Positions 1 to 13,677 of a DNA stretch of 64,000 nt are shown here, one piece after another; the first letter of the stretch is position 1, and every line of letters begins with the position of its first letter. Position numbers and translations under genes: made by a program. Source of the stretch: Octopus sinensis (lineage: Eukaryota). The stretch covers positions 63,860,001 to 63,924,000 of the forward strand of contig NC_043004.1 of the NCBI RefSeq assembly GCF_006345805.1, written 5' to 3'. Under the pieces are notes generated by a model. It had not been told where the DNA came from. It did not search any database and saw nothing but the letters and a program-made list of their open reading frames with translations.

Positions 1-1500
1 CCAATAGGGAAGGCGCTTTAAGGTCATCGTGAAAAAACCCCACAAAAGCCACGGGTGCCCGAACAACGGTGCGTGAGCCTTCTTTTTTTACAGGTGCACG
101 TTTAGAATGGCTCCTTTCACATTGGCCATTCTTCCAACATTCACCTGCCTTTCAACAAACTTGCTACAAGACAACACTTCCCTCTCCACCATCAACTTCT
201 TTTTCCGAAGAGGAAAATGTCTATCTTTAGCCCTTTCAAACGGGTCCATCATACTAACTCTTTCGCTACAGCCACTAAACAAATAAAAATTCCCTTCCTT
301 TCCCAGCCAAAAGAAGATGGCGTGCCATTCTTCAAAATGGATTCAGCTGATAGCCGGATCCGATCCAGTCGCGACAGCTTTAAAATGAGAACTGTTCCTA
401 GAAAACCCACCAGGCCCCAGAAGGAATCTTCCTGCCCCGCCTCAGTCGATGCCTATACATTTACTAATTTGAAAGCACCCATTTCACTTCAAGGACCGAC
501 AGTGTCTCGATAAAGCCTTTTCGAAACAGCACTGCCATGCTGTCTTCCATTCCAGTGAGGTTCAGAGATGCGCAGATTTTAAAGTCATCAAAAATGGCCG
601 CCAAAGCGCGCGTGCAGGGCATCCTGCTCTTCCTGATGACCATCACATTCATATCTAGTGATCTGATATCATTGACCAAGCGTCCCTGTTTCCAAGCCAC
701 ACCTATTTTCGGGCCACATCTAATTATAAATCCCACTAGTACATTTCATATGTGTTGCTTTTATTGGTTCTGTTTCAATATTTGAGTGAATGATTGTGTG
801 TTTTGTTGTGGTTGCTGGATCGGTTGTGTTTGACTGTTGTTGTTAATGCTGCTATTCTTTTTCCTTAATTAGTTGTTGTGATTAAACGACGGTCTTTCTC
901 TCTTTTTCTTTTGTTCCTCTGACGACAAAACGTTTTCCATTGTTGTCATCTTGTCTCGTCATTTGATGAGAGGTCATAGAGAAGAATAAAGGGGTGATCA
1001 GTGAACGTATACCAACTGACCTGGAAAAACATGGCCCAATCATTCTTGTTTGTTTCGTTAGGGGCGTTCATGTGAGACGTCTTCTTTTGAACTTGATGTT
1101 GTCTTTCGCTACTCTGGTTATGGTTTGGGTTTCTGTTATTGTTACCACTTCAGTTGCTGCTGATGTAAATGTGGATGTGGTGTTGGCAGCTTGGGGGTTT
1201 TACACCGTTTTTCCTCGAAGAGAGAAAACATTCTTTTGTTTAGGGCTACCTCACGTAAAGCACTGTGTCTTCTGACTTCTACCACAACTCTCATTTAGTC
1301 TTCACTGATTCAATTCATAGGACTGAGTATCCTTTGGAATTTCATATGTATGAACAACATCTGAAATTGAAGTTTGGAGAATTAAAGATTTTGCTTGTAT
1401 TACCGCTGAGTCTTGGCTCCGCAGTTGTACGAGTAGAATTCGCGGATACGTTGCTAATTTTCTAATGTTCAGCGTTTTCATTTACAGTATTGATGTTGTT
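1..1500 (-). mobile_element. Decayed Tx1/L1-like non-LTR retrotransposon, 5' part (ORF1 zinc-knuckle remnant plus AP-endonuclease remnant)
   Basis: Minus strand ~700-300 reads KQGRLVNDIRSLDMNVMV...AVLFRKG, then GAFKLVNV*ASTEAGQ, resembling the LINE APE start and the LVxVYAP strand. ~1290-1210 reads VVVE..(R)RxxCFT*GSPKQK, a broken CCHC knuckle. Stops and frameshifts throughout; boundaries approximate. Confidence 0.65.
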
Positions 1501-2024
1501 AAACTTTATCGTTGTAATTGTAGTTGTTGCTATCGCCGTTATTCATTTTAGCCATGGTAATGTGAGTGAATAATGGTGGCAGCGATATTAGTGGCGGGAC
1601 TGTCGACATATATTTTTCATTTATTGTTATTGTTATCGCTGCCATTTATGAACGGCAGTACTGGTGGTGGTGGTGAGGGGGCTGGTGAAGGTAGCCGTGA
1701 GGGTGATAGCGGTGCTGAATTTTACTGGCTTTATAACTGCAAGGGCAGTATCATGTTTGCGGTTTTCTCCCCCCGTGTTGTCATTATATTCCATGCTTTG
1801 GTTTTTTTTTTTTACTTTTCTATTTTTTTTTTTAATTACTGACTTGCAGAAAAAAAAGAACACCCACAGATTCCGCCCCGAAGGTCCAAAACAGACCTGA
1901 ACTCTTGCCTTTCAGGATGCTGGTTAGCTTAAAAACGAGACACAGTACAAACATGAGTTCTCAGATAGGTTATTTTGGCAATACCAAAACAACAACAGTA
2001 ACAACAATAATAATAATTGCTTCA

Positions 2025-2160
2025 AATTTTGGCACAAGGCCAGCAATTGTAGAGAGAAGAGTTATAATGCCAGGGCTTGTCCAGTACTTCATTTTATCAA
2101 CTCTGAAATGGTGAAAGGCAAAGTCAACCTCGGCGGAATTTGAATTCAAAATGTAAGGGG
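2025..2160 (-). mobile_element. tRNA-derived SINE fragment (family bearing GAGTTCAAATTCCGCCGAGGTCGACTTTGCCTTTCATCC)
   Basis: ggcaaagtcaacctcggcggaatttgaattca is the reverse complement of a B-box-containing motif that recurs more than 10 times in the window. Confidence 0.8.
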
Positions 2161-2198
2161 CTAGAAAAAAAGTCCAAATTTGTCATCTCGTCATCTTG

Positions 2199-2274
<76 letters not shown>
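2199..2274. repeat. (AAT)n microsatellite
   Basis: Direct reading, about 25 units. Confidence 0.98.
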
Positions 2275-2276
<2 letters not shown>

Positions 2277-2800
2277 GCCTTGATGCAGTACCAGCTCATG
2301 GCTTCTGATTTTAACTGATTCGAAATGTTATCTTGTACATTGTTTTGTCTTGGTATAAAATAGATGGGCTACAGCAAATATTCTGCTCAATACCACAGAC
2401 TTGCTTGTCAGTTGTTTGATTTTAACCAGTTGAGCATGTTCCTTAGTGGCTGACGGTATGTGCATCTCTGATCACGAGCAGAAGTAGTGGGGGAGCATCA
2501 TAGCCATGTGTTGAGAGGGATTCTTTGGGGTTTGAATAATTCACCACTGGAAACATGGATCTTTCGTTCAACATCCTTCAGGGATCTTTTGAGTGAGATG
2601 GACCATTCGACCTGACGAAAATTCTAACTGGGCCTCACCTGCAAGGTCATATCCTGATATGAGATCACCATGGTCCGTACATATGGTTGTGATGCATGTT
2701 CCTGGTGTACCCTTACTAGACAGGTAGTCATGATAGGTATACTGAGTTTCGTATATTTTACCCCAGTATCACTTTTATAACATGCACTGCTCTCTCTCAT
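2275..2800. mobile_element. ~520-bp non-coding interspersed-repeat-like segment embedded between (AAT)n tracts
   Basis: Higher-GC complex sequence bounded on both sides by (TAA/AAT)n; no ORF; family not determined. Confidence 0.45.
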
Positions 2801-3003
2801 TTAATAATAATAATAATGATAATAATGAGAAGAAGAAGAAGAAGAAGAAGAAAGAAGAAGAAAGAAGAAGAAGAGATAGACGAAAAAGAATGAAGAAGAA
2901 GAAGAAGAAGACAAGAAAGAAGAGAAGAAGAAAGAAGAAGAAGAAGAAAGAAGAGAAGAAGAAGAAGAGAAGAAGAAGAGAGAAGAGAAGAAGAAGAAGA
3001 AGA
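2801..3003. repeat. (AAT)n then (AAG)n compound microsatellite
   Basis: Direct reading; explains the poly-K/R and poly-F/S/L ORFs. Confidence 0.97.
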
Positions 3004-3011
3004 ATTCCTTT

Positions 3012-3140
3012 TTAATATAGGCACAAGGCCTGAAATTTGAGGGAGGGGACAATTAACTGCTACTTAATTTATCGACCCCGAAAGGATAGATGACAAAGTT
3101 GACCTCGGCGGAATTTTAACTCAAAATGTAAAGGGCTAGA
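3012..3140 (-). mobile_element. SINE fragment
   Basis: atcgaccccgaaagga...aaagttgacctcggcggaatttt.aactca motif. Confidence 0.8.
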
Positions 3141-3914
3141 ATAAATATCCAAACCTGTCATCTTATCATTTGGATAATAAGTAGTGATAATAATAATTGT
3201 ATTTGAAAAAATTACATTAAAAATTTCAAGCATTTTACAAACATTCAGTTCTATACTAAATTTAATGCAGAAAAAATAAATTCTTTTTCTGAGCCTACGG
3301 TATTTTATACGCAAATACCCAATCCCAATTAATGCAGGGTTGAACTAATGCTTCTAAATAAATAATAAGTTTACATCCCTTAAATTACACATGAAGCTGA
3401 AATTTATTTATTTTTAGATCCTGATGACATTACGACATTTAGAATTATAAATCCAACCTGCATGGAATTGTATCTTGAAAGACATGTAGCTGTGAATTTT
3501 TTAGCTTACTTTTCTCTTTTTGTCAGTAATGTTAATTTTAAACGAGTTATTTAATACAGGATTTAGACCGCCGTGGGTTTTAAAGTACCATAGAAAATTA
3601 TGTAAATATATACTAAAGTATAAAGACCACATTTAACAAAAAATATTCAAGCATTCTCGGATTTAACTAAGCTGTTAATGGAAATTTTCAATGTGAAAGA
3701 AATTTCGGCCAGTAATGTTTAAAATTTTAACCTAATACTTGTAATATTTTTAAGACTCACTTTAACAGAACTGAACAAATAGTGTGCCACATACGAAGCA
3801 ATATATAGCAGGAATTACATATACTTGTAGTCAATATTGCAATTTTGGCAATCGAATATGTTAACGCTATACTCGATCACAGAATAAAACATTGATATCA
3901 AATTATACCACAAG

Positions 3915-4085
3915 ACCAGCAAATTCGGGGACGGGAATAAGTCGATTACATGGACCACAGTACTCCTCTGGTGCTTATTTTATCGACTCCGAAATGATGA
4001 AAGATAGAAAGACAGCGGTTGAATTTGAACTCAGGACATAAAAACTGATGAAATGCCGTTAAGTATTTTGCGTGGCGTATTAAAG
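3915..4085 (-). mobile_element. Diverged SINE fragment
   Basis: tttatcgactccgaaatgatgaaag...gaatttgaactcagg motif. Confidence 0.7.
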
Positions 4086-4136
4086 ATTCTACAAGCTCGC
4101 TGCCTTATCATAGTGTAAAATATTTTTATTATTTAT

Positions 4137-4438
4137 GCGCCCTTTTCAAGCCTATCCAGGCTTATGGGCCCGGTTTCCCGGTTTCTGTGGCGTATGTGTT
4201 TCTCCCAGCTGGACGGGGACGCCAGTTCATCGCAGCGTTACTCAAGAAACAGAAAGAGATAGTGAGAGTAAGTTGTGGCGAAAGAGTACAACAGAGGTCA
4301 CCACCACTCCTTGCCGGAGCCTCGTGGAGCTTTAGGTGTTTTCGCTCAATAAACACACACAACGCTCGGTCTGGGAATCGAAACCGTGATCCTCCGACCG
4401 CGAGTCCGCTGCCCTAACCACTGGGCCTTTGCGCCTCC
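4137..4438 (-). mobile_element. Near full-length tRNA-derived SINE
   Basis: Minus-strand head ggaggcgcaaaggcccagtggttagggcagcggactcgcggtcggaggatcacggtttcgattccc (A and B boxes); same head and body as the copy at 43693. Confidence 0.85.
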
Positions 4439-4479
4439 AGAGAGTAAAATATTATATGTTCAATATTAGGAATAAAACA

Positions 4480-4690
4480 ACGCGGTGAGCTGGCAGAATC
4501 GTTAACATGCAAAGCACAATGCGTAGCGGCATTTAGTCCGATTTTACCTCCTGAGTTCAAATTCCGCTGAGGTTGACTTTGCTTTTCATTATTTCGGAGT
4601 CGATAAAATAAGTATGAGTTGTGCACGGTGGTCGATGTAATCGAACCCATCTCTCCGAAACTGCTGGCCTTGGGACAAAATTCAATTTCA
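4480..4690 (+). mobile_element. SINE, plus orientation
   Basis: ggtgagctggcagaatcgtta...gagttcaaattccgctgaggttgactttgcttttcat...gtcgataaaataagta. Confidence 0.8.
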
Positions 4691-5063
4691 ATATTAGAAA
4701 TAGAATAACATCGTGCATAAATATATTCGGTTCACACATATCATAATTTCCTCACACATGTGGTATTGATTCTTACTAGCAACATTCGCCAGTCTTCTAG
4801 ATTTTAAGTAAACATTTAGATCAAATGTTTGAGATATATTTGAACTGATCTAATAACACGAAGAAAATAATATTCTCACTCTAAGCAGGGAGATTTCAGA
4901 GTGTTCCCTATGCACTGGTAAACGCATTTCGTGCTATTTGTATTCTTTTTCGTGTTAGATACCAACTCTAAAGCAACTACAATACTTAACACCTTCGTAA
5001 GAAATAAGTAAAGATTATCTACTGAATAGGTGCTTCGGCTGCCGTCGCTTACTCGTATACATA

Positions 5064-5879
5064 CAGGGTGCGATGGGTAACTTGCCGCCATTCTATATTT
5101 TAATTTCGCGCCCGCAGATTTTCTGTTCTTGATTTTGCCGACTACGCAGTGTAGTGGGGTGAGTTGGGCAGCGTCTGTGAGAAAAATAGCACCATGACGC
5201 AATTCACTCTGCCAGAATTTTGGAAATGACAGGCTGTGGTGCTTAGCATTTGCACCGGAGGCTCCAATACAATCGCTTCAGAGTGTCTGGATGTCAATCT
5301 GAGGACATGTACCGAAAGTGATAAAATCAAACATCCATTCAACATCATGGTGTTTGGAGTGATCAGTAGTGATGGCGACGTTATGCCTCCATTTATCTTC
5401 CCACGCGGCCTTAGACTTAAGACGGAGGCCTACATCAAGTTCTTGGAGCAGGTAGTTCTGTCTTGGCTCAAGAGGGTAGCTGTTGGAAACCTTTTGTCTG
5501 GCAATAAGACTCTGCACTATGCCCCACAAGCAGGAGAAACCAATCATGACTGTAAGACAATTTCTGCGACTACATCACAACCTAACTCCTAAGACTGCAA
5601 CTCCGTTGATTATTATGTCTAACACCAAAGATGAACTGAGGGCAAGGTTTATGGCAGCATACACCAACTTAAACATGGAGACCCCCCAGAAGGGTTACAG
5701 GAGATTTCGAAGTCGTCTGGACAGCGTGGTTGAAGCCAATGACGATTGTATTGAATAAATGTACTCTTTAGTATTTCAAATTATTTTTATATAATTTTAC
5801 TAAATATATCTGGTAAAATGAGATGTCAGTGTTATTTTCACTTTTGCATAATTTAAACGAGTTTATTCACCGCGCTCTG
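5064..5879 (+). mobile_element. Internally deleted Tc1/mariner transposon, maT (DD37D)-like
   Basis: Imperfect TIRs (TA)cagggtgcgatgggtaa ... ttattcaccgcgctctg(TA) with TA flanks. Remnant KHPFNIMVFGVISSDGDVMPPFIFPRGLRLKTEAYIKFLEQVV and C-terminus NTKDELRARFMAAYTNLN...RFRSRLDSVVEANDDCIE; frameshifted. Confidence 0.85.
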
Positions 5880-5886
5880 TATGATT

Positions 5887-5887
<1 letters not shown>

Positions 5888-5980
<93 letters not shown>
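5888..5980. repeat. (GATA)n microsatellite
   Basis: Direct reading. Confidence 0.98.
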
Positions 5981-5981
5981 T

Positions 5982-6285
5982 CACTTTTTTCAATCATTTG
6001 ACTGAGGCCATGCTGGAGCACCGCTTTGCAGAATTTTTCTTCGAATGAATCGATCCCAATATTTATTTTTAATCCTGGTACTTATTCTATCTGTCTTCGC
6101 CCAGCCGCTAAGTTAAGGGGATGTAATCACACAAAAACCGATTGTCAAGCTGTGGTGTGGGACAAACACAGACACAAAGATACACACACGTATACATATA
6201 TACATATACTATTTCCGTCTATCAAATCCACTCACAAGGCTTTGGTTGGTCCGGAGCTGTAATAGAGGACACTTGCCGAAGGCTC
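5982..6285 (-). mobile_element. CORE-type SINE body fragment
   Basis: gccatgctggagcaccg...caaatccactcacaaggctttggttgg...gacacttgcc; same family as 7766 and 39058. Confidence 0.8.
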
Positions 6286-6580
6286 AAATATCAGTGAGAC
6301 ACTAAGCGTCTTCGCAAGCTGTTTCGTTGAGTAATAAACGTGTATGTGGTGTTTTCGTCGTCATTGCAATTCTTTTTTTCTCTGTTTATTTGCCTCTGTA
6401 TTTTATCAGAATTTCTCTCTTTTCTCTTCCCTCTTTCAAATCTACACTCAATTCAAAACAAAATGAATGGTCTACAACTTCATAACAATTAACTATTACT
6501 ATTTCATTCAATGTGAAACAAATAATTTTAATCCTAAAATTATTCAGTGTTGTCCTTTCGGTTTTTGATATCAATGCATA

Positions 6581-7241
6581 CGGGGTGGTACCAAAACGTT
6601 CCCGGACGAGTACTGTAGCACGCCAGCAGATGGTAGCACACAGTGAGGGCTAGCAGTGAGCTTCATGAAGCAGTATGACGAGTGACATCGCTGTTTGCTT
6701 CGCAAGTTATGAAATTTGTTTTTTGTGATCACGTGTATACTGTAGTCTGTGATTTTGTAATGGACAGGAAGAAGGAACCAAAGTGAAATTTTGCGTTAAA
6801 CTTGGGAAGTCTGTTATAGAGACATTCAGCATGCCTCAGCAAGGCTATGGCAACGAAGCAATGGGTTGTATGCAGTCTTTCGACACTTAAAAAGCGGAAG
6901 AACTTTCCTGGAAAACGATGAGCTAACTGGAAGACTTACCACAAGCGTCACCCTCGAAATGTGGTATTTTGCATCGAGAATTCGTCCTCCAGGGCCAAAC
7001 AGTCAATCGAGAGTTCTATAGCGACGTTTTGAAGCATTTGAGGGGAAACATTTAGTGAAAGCGATCAGATCTGTGGTGCGCGAAGAATTGGATTCCGATT
7101 TTGCAGCCGGATCCCAAAAATAGCAGGAAAGCTGGGACCGGTGAAGTGCTGCGCAAGGTGACTACTTCGAAGGAGATGATGTTAAAACGTGGATATTTTT
7201 ATTAATCATAACTTGTCCTGGAACCTTTTGATACAACCTCG
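6581..7241 (+). mobile_element. Internally deleted mariner (DD34D-type) transposon
   Basis: TIRs (TA)cggggtggtaccaaaacgttcccggac / gtcctggaaccttttgatacaacctcg(TA). Remnants MDRKKE..KFCVKLGKS..ET..M..Q.YG and HREF..QGQTVNREFYSDVLK.L; multiple stops. Confidence 0.88.
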
Positions 7242-7765
7242 TATACAAAAACACACATATACATACATATATATTGTTGTGACTTGGGTGAGTCATTAAG
7301 TCAACAATAATGACATACGCGCAGATTCAATTCCACTTCTTTACTGTTAAAAAATTGGTTAAATACCTAACAACTAAATAACCGATTGTTCGTTTAATGT
7401 GCTGGTTAAAAATCAATCGGATATTTGTTAGGTAAAGTTATTTCATGGCTGTTCGCAGCTCCTTTAGTATCTTAGTGACTTCTCGTCACGCTACATCCGA
7501 TTGATTGTTTAACCATCACATTAAACAAACAATCGATTAGCTAGTTACTTTGATATCTATTCAGTTCACTAAAAATAATGATGATGATAATAATAATAAT
7601 AATAATGATAATAATAATAATAATAATAATAAGTAGAGATGAACATGTAAATGTGTTAATATAAGGCACAACGAATATTGTTTCCACACACGAATTCTCA
7701 TCAAGAATTTTTCAAACCGAATACAAAAACGTTGTATACACACACACACACATACATATATATAT

Positions 7766-8181
7766 ACTCTTTTACTCTTTAATCTTTTACTTGTTTCAGT
7801 CAGTTGACTGCGGCCATGCTGGAGCACCACCTTTGGTCGAGCAACTCGACCCCGGGACTTATTCTTTGTAAGCCCAGTACTTATTCTATCGGTCTCTTTT
7901 GCCGAACCGCTAAGTGACGGGGACGTAAACACACCAGCATCGGTTGTCAAGCAATGCTAGGGGGACAGACACACAAACATACACGCACACACACACATAC
8001 ATATACATTTATATATACGACAGACTTCTTTCAGTTTCCGTCTACCAAATCCACTCACAAGGCTTTGGTCGGCCCGAGGCTATAGTAGAAGACACTTGCC
8101 CAAGGTGCTACGCAGTGGGACTGAACCGGAAACCATGTGGTTGGTAAGCAAGCTACTTACCACACAGCCACTCCTGCGCCT
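7766..8181 (-). mobile_element. Full-length tRNA/CORE-type SINE with internal (CA)/(TA) tract
   Basis: Minus-strand head aggcgcaggagtggctgtgtggtaagtagcttgcttaccaaccacatggtttccggttcagtcccactgcgtagcaccttgggcaagtgtct; tail (agtaaa)-like repeats. Confidence 0.9.
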
Positions 8182-8467
8182 ATATATATATGTATAAATA
8201 TATATATAAATGTATATATATAAATGTATATATAATATATATAATATATATATATTATATATATATATATATATAATATATATATATATGTATGTATACA
8301 TTGCTACCCACTACACATATTCTCTCCTTGTTGCTTTCATTGGAAGAGCGTAGGCTCGAAACGTTGAAGAATTTTTCACTTCGCGAGCATTAAACTAAAA
8401 CATCTGTTTGTTGTCTATACCACCTGTCTTCGTCTTTTGTTTCTTTGTAAATTCTCCTATATACGTG

Positions 8468-8499
<32 letters not shown>

Positions 8500-8521
8500 G
8501 TATGATGTATATATGTATGTA

Positions 8522-8579
<58 letters not shown>

Positions 8580-8648
8580 ATATATATACATACATACATT
8601 ATAAATGTATATATATATATATATATAACATACATGTATAAATGTATA

Positions 8649-8720
<72 letters not shown>

Positions 8721-9495
8721 CACATATACATTTATATATGTATGTATATATATACACCACACTACATACATACATACATACATACATACATAATACATAC
8801 AACATACATACATACATACATCATACATACATATACGTATATGTATGTATGTACGTATGAAGGCAATAGCGGTCTTATCGTCAAATGGGAAACATTGTAT
8901 CAGTTGAGACGATGTTTACATCTTCAGAATATGTTCACCATTATTCTCAGACATTTTCTTTCTAACTGATCAGTATTAAAGATTAGAACAAAAGACACAC
9001 AACGCACGTTCACACACACATACATATATTTACGTAGGTATGTATGTGTGGGCTTCTCTCTCTCTCTCTCTCGGTCTGTATAAATATATATATATATATA
9101 CGTGTGTGTGTGTGTGCTTGTGTGAGTGTGTAAATATATATGTATACTTTTGTACATATGTATGTGCATCTATACACCAATGTACTTATATGTATATTCA
9201 TGCATAGACACATATGCGAGTGTTATTTATACATAGGTATGTATATAGGTATGCATATGCACGTAAGTTTGTAGGTAGTGATATGAGTGTGTGTGAATGT
9301 ATGTGTGTGTGCGTGTGTGTATGTTTATAGAGATAAGTATATGTATTTAGACCCACACGTATCTATATATTTATATAGGTATAATGGTATATATATATAT
9401 ATATATATATATTTATAGATATATTTATATTTATAGAGATATGCAAATACTTAAGTTTGAATATATATGTATGCATATATATATATATATATATA

Positions 9496-9545
<50 letters not shown>

Positions 9546-9685
9546 TATATATATATATATATAATATATATATATATATGGATGTATATATGTATGCATA
9601 TGTGTATATATATATACATATTATTTGTACATATATATATGCATATACATAAATATATATTTATACATGCATGTATTTATATGCA

Positions 9686-9729
<44 letters not shown>

Positions 9730-9900
9730 CGTACATATATACACATATAGATACCTGTATTGATTTAGATAGACAGGCATACACACGAGCGCGCACAGAC
9801 ACACACACAAGCATGCTCGCAAGCACGCACATTCACACACTTTCACACACTCAATCACAAGAATTTGATCCAATCCACTGCCCCTATGTGATAAAGTAAA
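8182..9900. repeat. Dense (TA)n/(TATG)n/(CA)n microsatellite field with short repeat fragments
   Basis: Direct reading; source of the YIYI/MYVC pseudo-ORFs. Confidence 0.95.
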
Positions 9901-10474
9901 ATTTAATATGTCAGTACGTGCGTATATATATTTACCCCGTCTCTATTTCACACATGGACTCAGACACATGTTTACACACATTTACACACAGTAGAAAAGA
10001 TGTGCATAGTGTTAGAGTACGAAAAACATTTTGGAGGCTCAAATATCGGATTTAAATGATATTCGTGACTTTGGGACACAATTTCGATCTTAACAAAACA
10101 ATTGTGTCTGTTAGTTTATGTGATGATGCCGAATTAACCCGAAAGATGTACTGGAAGCTGAGCAAAGAACTTATCCATTTCCCCTCTCGATCATTTCAAC
10201 ACGTTTCAAAAAACGTACATATTTTTGGGATTGTTTTTGATTTATTCTACTTCACTTTCATAATCCACGTCAATATTATCAGCAACGACAAGAGCAATAC
10301 CAGCGGCAGTGACAGCAGCGGTGGCGGCAGAGTTCGCAGAAGCAGCTGAGACGGCGGTGGACTTTGAATATAATCTTTTCCAAGTCAAATATATCACCAG
10401 TTATCCTCCTCATGCATTTCTACACAAGCACAAACATACATACATAATACATGCATACATACACACGTACGTAC

Positions 10475-10518
<44 letters not shown>

Positions 10519-10559
10519 CTTGCATTGGATTTAATTTAAAATATTACTTGCGTGATAAT

Positions 10560-12900
10560 ATTTATATTGTTTTTCGCTGGTAAAATGGAGAAGTTATCAA
10601 TTGACGTTCCATTAAAAGACATTCTTGTACCATCACCGAACCCCCATTTGGCGGCATTTGAGAATGACTTATGGTCTCTAATTAAAATTGTTAAATTTAT
10701 TAACTATCACTTTAGGGGGCATAAACATTTAAGGAATATGAGAACTTTAGTATCTGACCTTAAACAAAAAATGGAATTATTGTCCAATCACATAAAACCA
10801 GAAAATTGTTTAATATCGATATATTAAAATACAATGACCTAATTAAAAATGAAATAACTAGTAAGTATAAGGTAGTAAGTAGAAAGATTTTACTGTCTAT
10901 TAACTTAAAAGCTAAGAAGACTATGGAGAATTATGAACTTGATGACAGGACAGATCCATTTGTGCCTATGAGGCCAAGAATAACTTTAAAAGATCATAAG
11001 ATAACTTCTATTCTAAATTTCAAGTTAGATTGATTTGCCCAGGCCGATCTGGCCAAGGTAAATTAAGTAAAAGTATTTTAGATAAATATTTACCGAAACT
11101 TATGAGAAAATTGAAACTTGAACTATGGCTAAATATGCAGGAAGCTATTAATTAGTTTGTTAGAGTAGATTATTAAAATAAAAGTAAATACAAATAGCTA
11201 TTGATAATTATTATTCATCTATAAATACTATAGTTCTTAATCAGGTTCTTTTGCTTGCTAAAATAGATCTAACCTTACTTTAAAAGAAATTAAAATAATT
11301 TTAGAAGCAAGAAAATCAGTAATTATATTTGATTATTAATACAGGGTCATAAAAAATTCTTATGATAGTTTTGATATTATTATGGGATCAACTGATTTAG
11401 CCACATTACTGATCTTGTAGGGATATACATTCTGTTTTATTTACATAGTGAATTTCTGGAACTTAAAGGTGGATTACATAGGGACGATGCATTGTTTTTA
11501 ATTAATACCCTGTCAAATAGGAAATTGGATTTGTATATGAAAAGACTTCATGGATTTGGTCTATCTGTTATTATTGAAAACGAACCTGATTCTGCTAATT
11601 ATTTAGATGATAATATGAATCCTCTTACAAGCCAATATAGACCATATCATAAATCTAATACTAACTTCAAGTATTCTAATTTTAATAGTAATCATCCTAA
11701 AGCAGTTACACGTCTTTGGTTGAAAATATTTCGAGACGAATTTCATTTTTATCTTCTAAGAAGGAAATTTTCAATTGTAATGCTGAATACTATAATGTAG
11801 CCCTTAAGAAAGTGCGATATATACATAAGATTGTGCAATGTAAAAAGGATAAAGACAGTAAAAATTTCAATAACACTAAATCGAGACACAACGGATTGGG
11901 TAAATATAATGTTAGTGGTGTGAGTAATAAACTTAAACTTAGTGAGCCTCATAAAAATAAGGATGATACTATTATTAATAAATTGACTACTATTGGACCT
12001 AATAATATACAAATTAAGACTGGAGTAAATGTAGTGTAGATCTATATTCTAAAATTAATACCAATAATATGAATCTTTTAAAGAAGAAGAAGAAGAAAAA
12101 GAAGAAGAAGAAGAAGTTTAAATATAAGAGTAGGAAATATATCCCATATGTTAATTTTGATAAATCGGATGATGATAACTTTGAAAAAAGACAACAGTAT
12201 TTGGTTTATTATTCCTTTCGCTAGAAAAATAAAGCTAATTTGGTTAAATCTTTTTTACAGATCTATATCTAAAACATTTTAAGAAGAAAATAAGTATAAT
12301 GAAATAGTTAATAATAAAACGGTTAGAATTGGTTTCTCAGTATCTAAAAAAACTATTTAGAACTATCTCTTCGATTAATAACAATAAATTAGATCATTTT
12401 TATGGTAATAGAAATAATGATACTTTAATTACTAACACTAACAATGGACTTGATCGCAATCGTGCTGCTAGAACTTGTGATTAAGGATAAATGTTATTTC
12501 AGTGATTTTTGCATCCAAACTAACCTTATATACAGATGTAGGGTAGAATCTAAAGGAAATAGTAATTTTTATATTAGGTCAACCAAAAGTTTTATTACAC
12601 GGCGTATTTTAAACCATGTATATACTTTTAGAAGCAGAAATAAGTCGTGCAGCACCAGTTCAAGTAAATTCATATGGAAGCTAAGGTATAATAAATTATA
12701 TAACCTTAAATGGCAAATACTTAGTCATACTAGATCTTATAAAATTGGTGATAATAAATGTAACCTGAGTGTCGATGAAATATATCAAATTTTCAAATCA
12801 ATAATAAAAACAAAACTTCTTAACAAGGACGTATTTTATCTTGTAAACACTCTTCAAGATAAGTGTTTAGAAAATATAATTAAATTGAATTGATTATTTG
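10560..12900 (+). mobile_element. Decayed Penelope-like element (RT plus GIY-YIG endonuclease)
   Basis: FENDLWSLIKIVKF (N-terminal domain); PRITLKDHK (PLE RT motif); YIGTMH in place of YRDD near 11475; C-terminal IYRCRVESKGNSNFYIRSTKSFITRRILNHVYTF...SKFIWKL...KCNLSVDE...LLNK (GIY-YIG). Many stops. Confidence 0.85.
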
Positions 12901-13099
12901 GAGGATTATTGTGTATTAAAGTAGAAACTATTTTAGATAAACAAATGTTATAATTTTATATAATCTTTAGAATGTGTGCATATATGTATGTGTGTGTATT
13001 TATATGTATGTGTGTGTCAATGTATGTAGAAGTATGCATGTAAGTATATATGTAAATATGTATGTGTATGCATGTCTATGTACATATATATAAATGCAT

Positions 13100-13225
<126 letters not shown>

Positions 13226-13602
13226 TGTATACATATATATAAGTGTATGTATGTATACAAATATTATTATTATTTAGTAAATTGATTAGAATCATATTTA
13301 TTATCAATATTATATTAAATAAATATCACACTGAATATTTACTAATCTAAAAGTATGCTGTAAGTAAATTATCTTATAATAGCATTTAGTTAAATTCCAT
13401 ATATCTCTTATTATAAAATTATATTATAATTCTATATTAGCTATGATTATTTTAAATATTTAGGAGGTTTTAAATTTGTAAAACTTATAAATATAATTAT
13501 GAATTTATTTTTTCTTTTACTTTTATATTTATCATTATATATATATTTATCTGAATATATATGCAAGTATAAGTCTATCAGTGTATATGTACGTATATAT
13601 AC

Positions 13603-13649
<47 letters not shown>

Positions 13650-13677
<28 letters not shown>

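Noticed and set aside
3418-3530. Possible plus-strand exon DPDDITTFRIINPTCMELYLERH
   Set aside because: No good donor, no homology recognised, no linked exons.
7275-7495. Possible solo LTR (tgttgtgac...gtcacgctaca)
   Set aside because: TG...CA and short inverted termini are present, but no target-site duplication, PBS, PPT or second copy.
8341-8365. Hammerhead-like tggaagagcgtaggctcgaaacg
   Set aside because: CUGA core is broken (UGGA), and no stem I/III or NUH site could be paired; at most a dead PLE-terminus relic.
8390-9900. Many 60-170-aa ORFs rich in YI/MYVC/HT (also at 13-16, 26.5, 34.5-38, 42, 57 and 62 kb)
   Set aside because: Translations of (TA)n, (TATG)n and (CA)n microsatellites.
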